Shown here piece by piece: positions 29,970-43,634 of a DNA stretch of 64,000 nt. The first letter of the stretch is position 1, and each line of letters opens with the position of its first letter. The notes under the pieces are model-generated. The model did no database searches and was not told the origin of the DNA. It worked only from the letters and a program-made list of their open reading frames with translations. The translations under genes and the position numbers were made by a program. Source of the stretch: Eledone cirrhosa (lineage: Eukaryota); contig OZ024761.1 in the NCBI GenBank assembly GCA_964016885.1, forward strand, positions 28,086,001 to 28,150,000, read 5' to 3'.

Positions 29970-30537
29970 TAATTGTTTCTATTTTTGGCGCAAGGCCAGC
30001 AATTATCTCAGTGTATTACTGGTATTTTATTTTATCGACCCTACCCCGTAAGGATGAAAGGTAAAGTTAGTCTCGGCTGGATTTGAACTCACAACATAAA
30101 GGGCCATAACTCAAAATAATTGTTTCTACCATCGGCCCAAGGTCAGCAATTATCCCAGTGCATTACTGGTACTTTATTTTATCGACCCCACCCCGTAAGG
30201 AGGAAAGGCAAAGTTAATCTCGGCGGGTTTTGTACTCAGACCGTAAAGGGACGTAACCATATTATGGAAAGCATACCGTCTGACTCTCTACCGATAGTGC
30301 CAATCCAAGCAAAATAATGATTTCAAGTCAGACACAAGGCCAACAATTTGAAGGCAGGAGAGTAAAGTCGATTAAATCGACACCATTTCATTAATGGTAA
30401 TTTATTTTATCAATTCCGTAAGGATAGTAGGCAAAGCTAACCGCGGCGGGATTTGAACTCAGAACCTAACAAGCCGTAACTATATGCTTTAAAGCGTGCT
30501 GTGTGATGCTCTACCGAGACTGCCAATTCACCACCAT
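29970..30537 (-). mobile_element. Three tandem SINE family S copies
   Basis: Reverse-complement family S landmarks are repeated three times. Confidence 0.85.
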
Positions 30538-30850
30538 TCTTGTGCCAACTCAGAACCTAACAAGCCGTAACTATATGCTTTAAAGCATGTTGTGTGATGC
30601 TCTACCGAGACTGCCAATTCACCACCATTCTTGTGCCAACTCAGAACCTAACAAGCCGTAACCATATGCTACCAAGCGTGTTGTGTGATGCTCTACCGAG
30701 ACTGCCAATTCACCACCATTCTTGTGCCAACTCAGAACCTAACAAGCCGTAACTATATGCCTTAAAGCATGTTGTGTGATGCTCTACCGAGTCTACCAGT
30801 CCACCGCCATTCTTATGCCAACTCAGAACATTCATGGCCGTAACTATATT
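30456..30850 (-). repeat. 91-bp tandem repeat made from the SINE tRNA-like head
   Basis: aactcagaac at 30456, 30547, 30638, 30729 and 30820. Confidence 0.9.
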
Positions 30851-31714
30851 CCTCAAAGCCTGTTGTCTGACACTCTAACGACTCTGTCTTTCCACCATCT
30901 TCAAAATAATAGAAAGCTATTCAGTATTACAAAACACAATACCATGTTTTCTGACAGTTTTCTCTTTTCAAAGAAGCAGACGACTGACTCTTCCTTTTGT
31001 TATTTCATATTGTTTTATTTTAGTTCATTTTGATTACCACATTTCAATGAAGAGAGAGCGGAACGTTTCAGATTTCTGTGTATTTACGTCATAGAATTTT
31101 CTCAATATAAACCGTTCCCTCCTTTGAAACCAATTATTCTTCACTTTCATATTTTATATAACATCTGAACACATCAGCTGTGGTGTGTGCTTTATATCTG
31201 AACTATTTCCACGCAACAAATGAATGTTTTGTTTTGATTTGGTTTTTGGTTTTTTTCTTTTCTACTTTTCTTTTTATATAACACATGGAATGGGCCTTCG
31301 TCGGTGTCAACGATGTGAATTCCAGTTGTTTGATAAACAATAAAATAAAATCTGCTCATGAAACGACAAACGTGTACGTTGCTGAGCATTCTACAGACGG
31401 GGAGTGTTACTGTGACAAGCTGTATGACTGGCTACCCCTTTGAATTACAGTTACACTCTATTTTATGTATTGCATAGACAGTACATCCTTAAGGTATTTC
31501 TAAGGGAGAGTCAGTATGACAAGGTGTATAATTAGGCTGTCCCGTTGAATTACCGGTCCCATCTGTTTTGTAGTATGGGTATATATTGCACAGACACAAT
31601 CTATTTCCCAGGGAGATGCCGTTGACATGGTATCTGATAAGGCTGGACATTTGAATTACATGTACAGTCCATATGACAGGCATTGAAACAGTTTCCGTCT
31701 ACCAAATGTCCCTC

Positions 31715-31756
<42 letters not shown>

Positions 31757-32039
31757 TATTGTATTGTTTATTATACATTATATATATATAAACGTGGTTC
31801 TGTCTTTGCGTGTAATTGTTTTTCACCGCTCCTATTAATGACGTATTATATTCGTTTTTTCCCGTTCTTTGCCAGCGAACGTTTCCATGAACCAAAGTAT
31901 CGTCTTCCTGTCTTCCTCCGGTTGCAACGTTTCTTGAAATATCCAGTTCTGCGTTTACAGATTGACTTTGTTAGTTTCAGAAGATCCCGTTAAGGGTGAA
32001 AGCAGCGATTCTTTGCTTAAACTTTAATCTGTTATTTTA

Positions 32040-32075
<36 letters not shown>

Positions 32076-32169
32076 CAGAATAACAGAAAACCCTAAAAAA
32101 AACCAGACAAATACAGGAGTAAATGTTACAAATATTAATAGGTACACGCTTGGTGAGAGTGGCATGTGT

Positions 32170-32208
32170 GGTTGCGACGTTTCGGGCATAAGCCCTCCAT
32201 CAGGAGAG
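32170..32208 (-). ncRNA. Degenerate hammerhead motif
   Basis: Minus strand: CUGAUGGA-GGGC-uuau-GCCC-GAAA-CGUCG. Stem II is perfect, but the core variant, cleavage site and stem I are poor. Confidence 0.5.
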
Positions 32209-32279
32209 TAGGCGTGGAGAAACTCTGAGAAGGAGTGGGGAGAGAGTTAGCGAGAAAAATAGAAATAAATATATATGTT

Positions 32280-32470
32280 GGATGGGCAGTATCGGTAGAG
32301 CGTTGGACACTGACACCATTCTTTGCAGCATAGAGATACGGTCTTTTAAGTTCCGAGTTGAAATCATGCTGAGATTAGCTACGCCTTTCATTCTAACGGG
32401 GTCGATAAAATAAATTACCAGTAATGTACTGGGGTTCGATTTAATCGACTTTCCCCTCCTCCAAATTGCA
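32280..32470 (+). mobile_element. SINE family S copy
   Basis: atcggtagagc, gcctttcattctaacggggtcgataaaataaattaccag. Confidence 0.8.
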
Positions 32471-32649
32471 GTGTTTGTTTTTAATTTGTGTTTCTTTTTA
32501 AGGGGCTTTGATATGACAAACTATTTTCAGTTAATATAAACTGACGCAGAGAAATATAATCTCCGAAACTGAGAGACTTTATTTGTCTTTCTTAATATAC
32601 GTTAGACATCCAGCGTGTATGTTTAATTAAGTAAGCATTTTACTTCATT

Positions 32650-33060
32650 TGTAATGTATGTGAGCGTCTACACCTGCAACAGAAATAGCAACAACCCTGA
32701 GCAGCTTTTTCACTTCCATGCGTCTAACACACGTGGGCATGCCAATAAAGTCAGAAAACAGCACAGCTCCTATGATTTTCGGTAACATGTTTTTCATGCT
32801 CAGAGTTGCTGAAGCATGGAACAAACTACCTGCATCAGTTGTTAGCTGCCGGGACACTGCATCCTTTAAAACCTCCATGCTTCGTGAGATTCGCCAACAC
32901 TGCACTTGATGTCCCCCCTCTCCATACACACGCGCACATGTATATCATGACTCATACACTGTTACTTCCCTGACATTTGTATATTATTCTATGTACTATA
33001 CATGCATCTTTGATGAGTTGTAGTGCACCTGAGCACTGTACACAATAATTTCATTATTAT
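32650..33060 (+). mobile_element. CR1-clade LINE 3' end
   Basis: TRGHA...FFMLRVAEAWNKLPASVVS...ASFK (frameshifted), the typical CR1 ORF2 C-terminus, followed by an (ATT)n tail. Confidence 0.8.
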
Positions 33061-33094
33061 TATAATTATTATTATTATTATTGTTGTTGTTATT

Positions 33095-34934
33095 GGCGAC
33101 CTACGTAGGAAATCGTATTATCGTGAGCTCCGCAAAGGTTTGTTGTTTTCAGTTGTTTCAAATTGCCATTTATAGAAAATTTTTGTTGTTAAGTGTTTAT
33201 AAGTTCATATATATTGCTTTCGGAAAAGGACACTCAAAAAGATTGGGGCCTTGAGCCCAAAATTTAAACTTTTATAATTATCAAACAAAAGATTTCTTTG
33301 AAAAAATCATGGACGACTCACAGCCACACCAAGTTGACGGCCTTCCTCAGAAACTAACACCTCCCACCAACACCACCATTGTAAACATTACTACGTTTGC
33401 CAACACTAAAAATATAAGCAGTAGCAATAATTTACGAACGCCAAACACATCGAGGCGATCGGCACTACACTAAGAGAATACGAAGCGGTGACAAGAGCAA
33501 TGATCAACCAGGAAAAGTCAGTGGGCCTGCAGCTCGGCACCTGGAGGGGCAGGTCCATGACGTCCAACAGCGACGTCGGGCGCTGGACGGACGGACCGGT
33601 TAAATTGCTAGGGGTCTTGTTCGGTCCGGACCTCCAGACGGACAAAAACTGGGACGAGGTGACGAGCAGGGTGGCTTCTCTCACCCAGAAATGGGCGGAG
33701 AGGAAGCTATCCCTGAAAGTTCGAGCGGAGGTGGCTAACGCGTACATCGAGTCGGTCATCTACTACCGCCTGACCGTCGCACCTTGTCCTAAGCCTCGCC
33801 TGACTGCGCTGGAGCGTTTGCTCTTTCGCTTTTTGTGGAAGGGACGCGCTCCGATGGTCAGGCGGTCCATCTGCTGTCAACACCCGCTACGTGGAGAGCT
33901 GAGCATGCTGTGGCTGATGATGCGCAGACACGCGCTCAGGCTACGACATCCCCACCTCTTCCTCGACGGTGATCAGGTGTGGTCGCCGTTTGCTAGACGC
34001 GTCTTTCCCCAACTCGTCTCATTGACGGAGCTGCAGTCCTGGGTCAAGCGAAGACCGAGAGGGAGCGCTTGGAGACTGGAATGTCTTCAGGCGCTCACAG
34101 CCCTCGACCAATCGGGCAATGTGATCGGTGAAAACTCCTTGGCGTTCTATAGAGGATTAGTGGAGGCGAAGAGCGACGACGTACTTGGGGAAACTCTAGG
34201 CGTCGACGAAAATCAACTAGCCAATCTCTTCGGAAGAACTTTCGGGCCGGGGCCTATGAAAAACTTCCAGAAATCCCTGGCCTGGCAGTGCTACCGAGGA
34301 GCTTTTCCAGTTCGGGATAAACTCTACAGGCATGGAGGTGCCGTCAGCCGGCCATGTCCGAGATGCGCGAAGGGCGACGAAACCGTCCTGCACGCACTCG
34401 TCCAGTGTCCGAGCATTGCCCGTGAGGATTGCCCTGCCCTATTCCTTTATCCGGGAAGGGCAGGCAATTTTTAACTTCTGGTGGCCATGGCGAAAGAGAT
34501 AGTATGGTGGACACGTTTGAAAGGGCTGAAGACGATGCCTTGATTAACTTTTTCAAATTTCATTTGAAAAGGAAAATCAGGGCAGAGAAGGAAGTGCTCT
34601 CTTCCCAGCATTTTGTTGAAAGATGGGTGAGAGAGGCAAGAATGGACCGAGTGAATGGGCCAACTCTGAGTATGTGTCTGTAAATTAAAGGTGGAAAACT
34701 GGGAGAGGGCACTTGCCCTGGTGGTCAGGGTCACTGTGACTTTTTAATGGGCTTTCTCCACGAACGTCCCTCGGAAGTCTCCCCCCTATTGGGGAATTTT
34801 TCATTGTTATTTTTTTGTTACATCCTCTGTTTTTGTTTTATTACACGCAGAAATGCCCATTTGTACTGTCCTGTATTGTCCTGTACTGTCCTTAATGTCT
34901 ACTTTATGTAAACCCTTGTGGTTAATAAAGAAAG
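33095..34934 (+). mobile_element. Tx1-type LINE, internally deleted (5'UTR and ORF1 start joined to the ORF2 C-terminal part)
   Basis: ORF 33488-34474 closely matches the C-terminal half of ORF 45980-48922 (EKSVGLQLGTWRG, CPRC..DETVLHALVQC). Segment 33095-33311 resembles the 5'UTR at 43424-43637. Confidence 0.88.
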
Positions 34935-34948
34935 TATTATTATTATAT

Positions 34949-35413
34949 TTCCTCTTCGGCGAATCCCTAATTAACTTTTTTCAACTTTCACTTGAAGAGG
35001 AAAATCAGGGTGGAGAGGCAAGTGCTGCCTTCTAGCAAGTTTGTTGAAAGGTGGGTGAATGTAGCGAGAATGGACCGAGTGAACGGGACCACTCTGAATA
35101 TACGTCTGTTGTTTGAGAGATGGAAAAATTGAGAGAGGGCGCTTGCCCTGCTGGTCAGGGTGGCCGTGGTCTTTTGTGTGGTTTTCGCCACGAGTAACCC
35201 TCGGAGGTTTCCCCCCTATTGGGGTATTTTTCATTGTTTCAATTTTCATTTTTATTCATCTATATATGTTTCTATGTCTTTTTTTTTTTTCTTTTCTTAT
35301 ATAAATAATAAAAATATTTACACGCACAAAACCCACATCCTACCGTCCTGTACCGTCCTGTGCCGTCTGTAATGTTTTTCTTGATGTCAGCCCTTGTGGC
35401 CAATAAAGAAATC
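34949..35413 (+). mobile_element. Tx1-type LINE, short 5'-truncated 3' end
   Basis: FLFGESLINFF..RVERQVLP..FVERWVNVARM plus a 3'UTR ending gcccttgtggccaataaagaaatc(att)n. Confidence 0.85.
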
Positions 35414-35440
35414 ATTATTATTATTATTGTTGTTGTTATT

Positions 35441-36314
35441 CCTTGAATCTCAGTCATTGATGTTGGTTAACTGGAAAGTCCGTTGGATTGAATATCAAGC
35501 CACTACCTGCAGCCTCAGATATTCAGGACGTATCGGAGGGTTCTTGCTGTTCCAAGCAAGCATGCCTTTTGAAGCGTTCCAAAAAGCGTGAAGGGGCCGA
35601 TTTTCTTTAACCATCCCTGGAAACTTTTGGAGATAGTCCCCAGTGCGCCTATGACAATCGGGATCACTTTGACTTCATGGCAGTTCCAAATCCTTTTCAC
35701 CTCCCACTTTAGGTCCTGGTATCGGTTAATTTTCTCCCTCTCCTTCTCTTGCACTCTCGTGTCGAACGGGCAGGCCACATCCACAATCAGGCACGATCTT
35801 TTTTCTTTGTCCACAACCACCAGGTCAGGTCTATTGTGTTCCAGTTTTTTGTCCGTCTGTATCCTAAAATCCCACAGCACCTTCACCTGATTGTTCTCCA
35901 TCACCGCCTCTGGCCTATGCTCATACCATTTCTCAGAATGTGGTAAATTGTTTACTTTGCACAGGTGCCAGTGGATCACCCTGCCCATCACATCGTGTCT
36001 CCAGCCCTTATAGTGGGTCTGGGCTAGGTGTTTACACTCGGACACAATGTGAGCCACAGTCTCCTCTCTCTCTCCACAGATCCTGCACAGTGGGCTAGCC
36101 TCCTCCTTGTAGATATGGTGCTTCAACCACTTCGTTTTGAGGGCCTGCTCCTGCGCAGCCATTAGCATTCCTTCTGTAGCCTTTTTGAGGTCTCCTCTTC
36201 TCAACCAGTTCCATGTCTGTGGATCTCTAAATTCAGTTTTCTCAAAGAAGGTACTATGAAGGGATTTTCCCCTAAGGCTGCTCTTCCTCCTTGATGTTAT
36301 TTCCTCCTTGGACA

Positions 36315-36315
<1 letters not shown>
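35441..36315 (-). mobile_element. R4/Dong-clade non-LTR retrotransposon, 5'-truncated (zinc finger plus restriction-like endonuclease)
   Basis: CRICGEREETVAHIVSEC, RHD, HNRPDLVV, IVDVACPFD and KINRYQDL motifs; flanked by (TAA)n on both sides. Confidence 0.9.
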
Positions 36316-36363
<48 letters not shown>

Positions 36364-36590
36364 ATCAACGACAGCATGAAGTGTCAACTTTCGCCATTTT
36401 ACGAATTAATAATAAATACTGTTGCCAATGTCATCGTTCCTTGCATTAATGATGGCAACTCTTCAAAAATGGCTGAGGCTTTTTCATAATTATATAACTT
36501 GGTGGGTAACTACAAACTACCAGGAGTCTACTACACCAGAGTCAATCGGGCGGGCCATATTTTAATAAGTATATACACATATCTATCTAT

Positions 36591-36870
36591 CTAGGGCGGG
36601 TAAAATTCCCGAGATCCATGGACGAGTTCTCTCCAGCGGTCTCTGTCCCTCATTTTCGCTGCCATGTCCTGCGTCTCCAAGAGACCAGTAACTGTCCTTA
36701 GGGCATCAACATATGTTAACCTTGGTCTTCCCCTTCCAGTGTGTCCATGCAGGGGCTCCCACAGGAGCACTGAGTGCAGTGTCAACTCTGGATGTCGGTG
36801 AACATGTCCAGCTAACCTCAATCTCCTCTGTGTCACTTTCGAGCTGACTTTTGGGAGGCTGTCGTACAGC
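36591..36870 (-). mobile_element. RTE/RTEX-like LINE 3' fragment
   Basis: RRLRLAGHVHR..LLWEP..GRGRPRLTYVD..MRDRDRWR. Confidence 0.8.
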
Positions 36871-37433
36871 TATGAGTATATTTTACCGCATGATCCACAT
36901 GACGAGTGCGATGTGTCCGAACACAGAAGAGCAGAACTCCCACCGTCATATCCCCCATCTCTCTGTTTAGTGAGCAAATGGGGTCCCACATGCTGGTCGC
37001 CCCACATCCCCGACGGACAGAATGGAGAAGGTGTTTCGCCGGAGCATGGTAAGGGAGATGCGTTGAAAGAGCCATTCCATCCAGCGTGTTCCCGCATGGA
37101 TCCCTTTTTAAAATTATAAAAATAAATAAAAAATACAATGTCTTCTGTTTTGAGGGGCTAAGACAATAAGCTAAGACAAAACGCCATTCTATTAGATATA
37201 TAAAAACGCCGGAAAATATGATTACGTCAGAAACTAACAGACTTTGTGTGTCTTTCTTAGTATAGGGTAGACATTCAATGAGTTTCACATCGCTCCATTT
37301 TGAAAATCATCCAGAAATCCATATGGAAAATATTTCTCATTCAGTTATAGTTGGTGGTTTAAAGAAATCTAAAATTGTCAATGCGAAGCTAAGACACATC
37401 TGTTCACGGCAATATATAGTAATAACAATAATA

Positions 37434-37478
<45 letters not shown>

Positions 37479-37712
37479 TTTTATGTACTATTAGACATAT
37501 TTATTTCATTATAAATAAAAGACAATAAGATTTTAATATTGATTTTTACAATGATCTTTTTCGTGTTTTTTTTTGTTTGCTTAATAAACCACCACCCGCG
37601 CTTTCTGTCTCCTCTAGTCTCTCTTTTACCTTTTCTCTATCTCTATCTCTCTGTATCTTTCTCATGCTCCCCCCTCATTCTATCTCTCTGTCTCTCTCTC
37701 TCTCTATATATA

Positions 37713-37754
<42 letters not shown>

Positions 37755-38071
37755 CTCTCTCTCTCTCGCTCACTCTTTCTCCTCCTCTCTCTCTCTCTTT
37801 CTCTCTCTTCCACTATTTATATTTTAATGAAATATTGACGAAATCTCTCACATGAATCAGTGAGGCAAAATATTTGATAAAATAAACAATTTTGCTGCCA
37901 GCAAATTGTTTATTCCTTGCTGTTTATTTTGTTTCGATTTTTTTTTGTTGCTAATTTCTTTATTGTTGCTGTTGTTGTTTTGTTTATTTATTTATATTTT
38001 CTTTCTTTCTGTTTTGAATTGATTTCCTATTTACTGACTACACACATACACACGTTGATATACATACATTC

Positions 38072-38181
<110 letters not shown>

Positions 38182-38215
38182 GTGTGTGTGTATGTGTGTT
38201 CATATATCAATATAT

Positions 38216-38252
<37 letters not shown>

Positions 38253-38320
38253 TATATATATAGAGTGTTCCAAATAAAGCATTGTAATAAATATGTACAT
38301 ACATTTTTGGGGACACCAAA

Positions 38321-38417
<97 letters not shown>

Positions 38418-38722
38418 TATATTTATATGTATATGTAGCTAGATATGTATGTGTGTATAGATATCTATTTTATTATTCTACCGGTTGCAGTCTCTTGGCT
38501 GCAACGAATCTGGAGCATCGCCTTGTCTGTTTATATATATATATACATATATATATATATACATATACATATATATATGTATATATGTATATATGTATAT
38601 ATACATATACATATATATATGTATATATGTATATATGTATATATACATATACATATATATGTATGTATATATGTATATATATATATATATATCATATATA
38701 TCATACATCATATATATATATA

Positions 38723-38757
<35 letters not shown>

Positions 38758-38958
38758 CTGTTTATATATATATATTTCTATCTGCCTGTCCCTATGTATA
38801 TATGTATGTGTGTATGTATATAAGTGTGACAATATATATTAAAATGTAAGGTATACGGCTCTTAATAAACACACATGAATGAATTAATTAATTATATATA
38901 TATACACATACAGACATATATGTATATACATTTTCATTATATACATATATATATTTAC

Positions 38959-39001
<43 letters not shown>

Positions 39002-39383
39002 GTATATATATATACAATACAGAATATCAAGAGAAAATAAAATATTCCGTTAAAATATAAATAAAATATAAAGTAAAAATTTAAGTGAATAAAAACGAGT
39101 AAAATAAAAAAAAAATGGACTATACTTAAATTTTTTAACTATTCTTAGATAAACGTCATAACAACAACAACAACAACAACAACAATACAAATGGCGTCAA
39201 TATATAAATAATGATGATTTCTGTATTTGCCACCATTGACTAAATAAGGCAAAGGTCATCTCAGTTTTATTTGAACTCGGAACGTATATCATTGGACCTT
39301 AAAACGGCTGATTGCTTGGTTTGAACACTACAATTCTGCCCCACCTATCACTTTATGGTACAACATTAATTGTTTATATAATA

Positions 39384-39562
39384 CCAGGTTCTGCTCAAAC
39401 GTTCATAGGCTGACCAAGATACTCTCTTGAAATGACCAAATGAGGTTTATTTTTTGTTACATAGTCCCTGGAAAGAATCAATGAAGTTATTAATAAGAAG
39501 AATTGAAATTAATGCATGTAAGATTTCACAGCCCTAGTATCACTCCTTTATAATCAGACTAT
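39384..39562. mobile_element. Degraded mariner-type MITE
   Basis: Shares aaacgttcataggctgac and, inverted, aagatttcacagc.ctagta with the 41140 element. Confidence 0.6.
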
Positions 39563-40217
39563 GCAGTCATCCCTCATAGACACAAAGCCAGAAGTTTGAA
39601 GGAATGGATTATTCTGCTTATAATAACCACACCCACCGCCCTCAATGCATTACTGGTACTTCAATTTGACGGCCCTAGATGGATAAAAAGTAAAATAGGT
39701 TTCGACGAGCGATGAAACTAAGACATATAGCGCCTGAACGAGAACTACGAGAAAATATCTCGCTAGTGCTATGACGTGAGAAGAGTGTTGCGTAATTTGT
39801 TATTGTCTGTTTGTATATACGCACGAGCGCGATTGTGTGTGTTTGTGTGTTTTGTCGGCAATATCACATAGTTCTAAAGTGCTGCAAATGCTGGAAAAGT
39901 TTTTTTTTTTTCAGTGCTATCTCTCAATAGAGCTTTATATTTATCAGGCTAATGTTTTTCGTCTGTCGTCGTTTATCGAGCCAACCGGATGATAGTTAAG
40001 TGGGAAAGAAAGTGTAGTTAATGTTTAGAACATTAAAGGCTGTGAAATATGCAATGATTGGCCGTAGTATTATTAGTCAATTGAATTACTTAACTTTGTG
40101 TACGGAAATGTGAAATGTGTTGGAAGCAGCTTGGTAGCTTCTCGGTTAAAAATAAGTACTATATCACCTAAACCACATAATGTATATATATATATATATA
40201 TAATTTATTATTATTAC

Positions 40218-40367
<150 letters not shown>

Positions 40368-40419
40368 GTGTGTGTAAATATATATGTATATATATATATA
40401 TGAACTCAATCCTTTATTT

Positions 40420-40475
40420 ACTGCTATATGTATTTCGATGATAGCCATTGAATGGCTATGACCTCATCAGGCAGT
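40420..40475 (-). ncRNA. Type I hammerhead ribozyme motif, intact core
   Basis: Minus strand: ACUGC-CUGAUGA-ggucauagccau-uca-auggcuaucauc-GAAA-UACAUA-UA-GCAGU, in a 120-bp island between (TA)n tracts. Confidence 0.82.
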
Positions 40476-40522
40476 TGCTCTGTGTTTATGGTGTTGATGG
40501 TATCAGAGCCTTGGGACATATG

Positions 40523-40579
<57 letters not shown>

Positions 40580-40691
40580 ATATATATATGTATATATATA
40601 TATTTGTATATATATATGTATATATATATATATATTTGTATATATATATGTATGTATATATATTTGTATATATATATATGTATATGTATTT

Positions 40692-40725
<34 letters not shown>

Positions 40726-40843
40726 TTGTATATATATATGTATATATATATATTTGTATATATATATGTGTATATATATATATTTGTATATATATTTATA
40801 TATTTGTATATATATATGTATATAATGTATATATATATATATT

Positions 40844-40879
<36 letters not shown>

Positions 40880-40911
40880 TATGTATGTATGTATCTCTAT
40901 CTATCTATATA

Positions 40912-40991
<80 letters not shown>

Positions 40992-41043
40992 TATGTATGT
41001 ATGTATCTCTATCTATCTATATATCTATCTATCTATCTATCTA

Positions 41044-41079
<36 letters not shown>

Positions 41080-41139
41080 TATGTATGTATGTATCTCTAT
41101 CTATCTATATATCTATCTATCTATATATATATATATATA

Positions 41140-41713
<574 letters not shown>

Positions 41714-41785
41714 TATATATATATATATATATATATATCTTATATAAATATATAATTATACTTCATATATATTACTTGGACAGTC

Positions 41786-41836
41786 GGCTTCCTGATGATT
41801 TCTCCCGGATGAAACAGTTTTTATCCTCTGGAAGCC
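41786..41836 (+). ncRNA. Hammerhead motif, family E (cleavage site mutated)
   Basis: GGCUUC-CUGAUGA-uuucucccggau-GAAA-cag...cucug-GAAGCC. Confidence 0.55.
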
Positions 41837-41878
41837 ATTTCCCGATTCAATATTTATATTCTACATCATATATATATA

Positions 41879-42018
<140 letters not shown>

Positions 42019-42365
42019 ACATAGGTACGTTTGAACACCAAAGTGGAAACATGGAATTCTATTATAAACTAAAAAATATAGGAATAACTGCCGTTCCTAG
42101 ACAGATAATGATTCTCTACATGGATGTTGGTATGAATATCTTTTGATAAGGGTTCTTTAAGCTCAAAATATTGTCTGTGGGGAAATGTAGTTTATGTAGA
42201 GAGAAGAGGTGCACTTACCATTTATTTCGATCACAGAATATCGCATTTTTTTCAATCCTTCCATAATACTCAATAGATTTGATGAGGAGTTTCGAAGTTT
42301 TTAGACACGAAATATTGAATGTCATCATATATATATCTATATATATATATATAGGTATATATACA

Positions 42366-42433
<68 letters not shown>

Positions 42434-42474
42434 TATATATACACTTATATATATATATATATATATATATACAC

Positions 42475-42514
<40 letters not shown>

Positions 42515-42623
42515 ACATACACTTATATATATTTATATATATATATATACATATATCTATATACATACATATATATGTTTATATATATATGTATATGTAT
42601 ATATACATATATATTTATATATG

Positions 42624-42702
<79 letters not shown>

Positions 42703-42709
42703 TGTATAT

Positions 42710-42740
<31 letters not shown>

Positions 42741-42774
42741 CCCACCCTTGCAAGCTGGGAAAAGCTGACGTAAA

Positions 42775-42806
<32 letters not shown>

Positions 42807-42952
42807 ATATACATATATTTCAAATTCAAATCGGTGCCTAGAAAATTTCTCACCACACACTTAATTATACACGCGCGCACACATCCACAATGTGGCAAGT
42901 TATCACACACACACAAACAAAAGTACACACACACACACATACACACACACAT

Positions 42953-42985
<33 letters not shown>

Positions 42986-43148
42986 TATGTTAATGATGAC
43001 GAACAGTACAAAACCGACATCACCGGAAACCTCAGAGATCACCTGATTTAGACTATTTTATAACCACCTGCATGAAATATGAGAGTGTGTGGGTTGGTGG
43101 AAGAGGGAGACAGTGTGTGTGTATGAGTGTGTGTGAGAGAGAAACTAT

Positions 43149-43185
<37 letters not shown>

Positions 43186-43634
43186 TGTATGGCTTTTCTA
43201 GAAATGCACCTTTAAGGACAGCAGTGATCATCAAATAATTACAGTGGTGGTTTTGACGTTGTTGTGGTAATGGTGTTGTTAATAGTAATGGTGGTGACAG
43301 TAGTAGTGGTAGCAGTAGTGGTAACAGTAGTGGTAGCAGTAGTGGTAGCAGTAGTGGTTTTATTGTTATCATTATTATACTGGCCTTGTGCCAAATGTAG
43401 AAACAATTATTATTATTATTATTGACGAAAGTGGATGTACGTTTTTTGAAGCTCCGTGAGTAAGCAATTTTTTGAGGATTAATTGTGGAGAATTGTTTAT
43501 TTTTTTGTACCGCTGAAGCATTATAAGACATTCATTTGTATCCTGTGAAGGAATAACTCATAATATGTGGGCCTTTTGGCCCAAATATTTGAACTTTATT
43601 TTGGAAAAATAATAATTTTTTTTCTCAAAAAAAC

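Noticed and set aside
36870-37110. GC-richer segment with short ORFs
   Set aside because: No recognisable domain or splice structure; probably part of a repeat.
42275-42325. ttgatgag...cgaaa; similar weak strings near 7625, 10930, 12828, 38480 and 59322
   Set aside because: Cores or stems are too degenerate to support; at most they are decayed copies.
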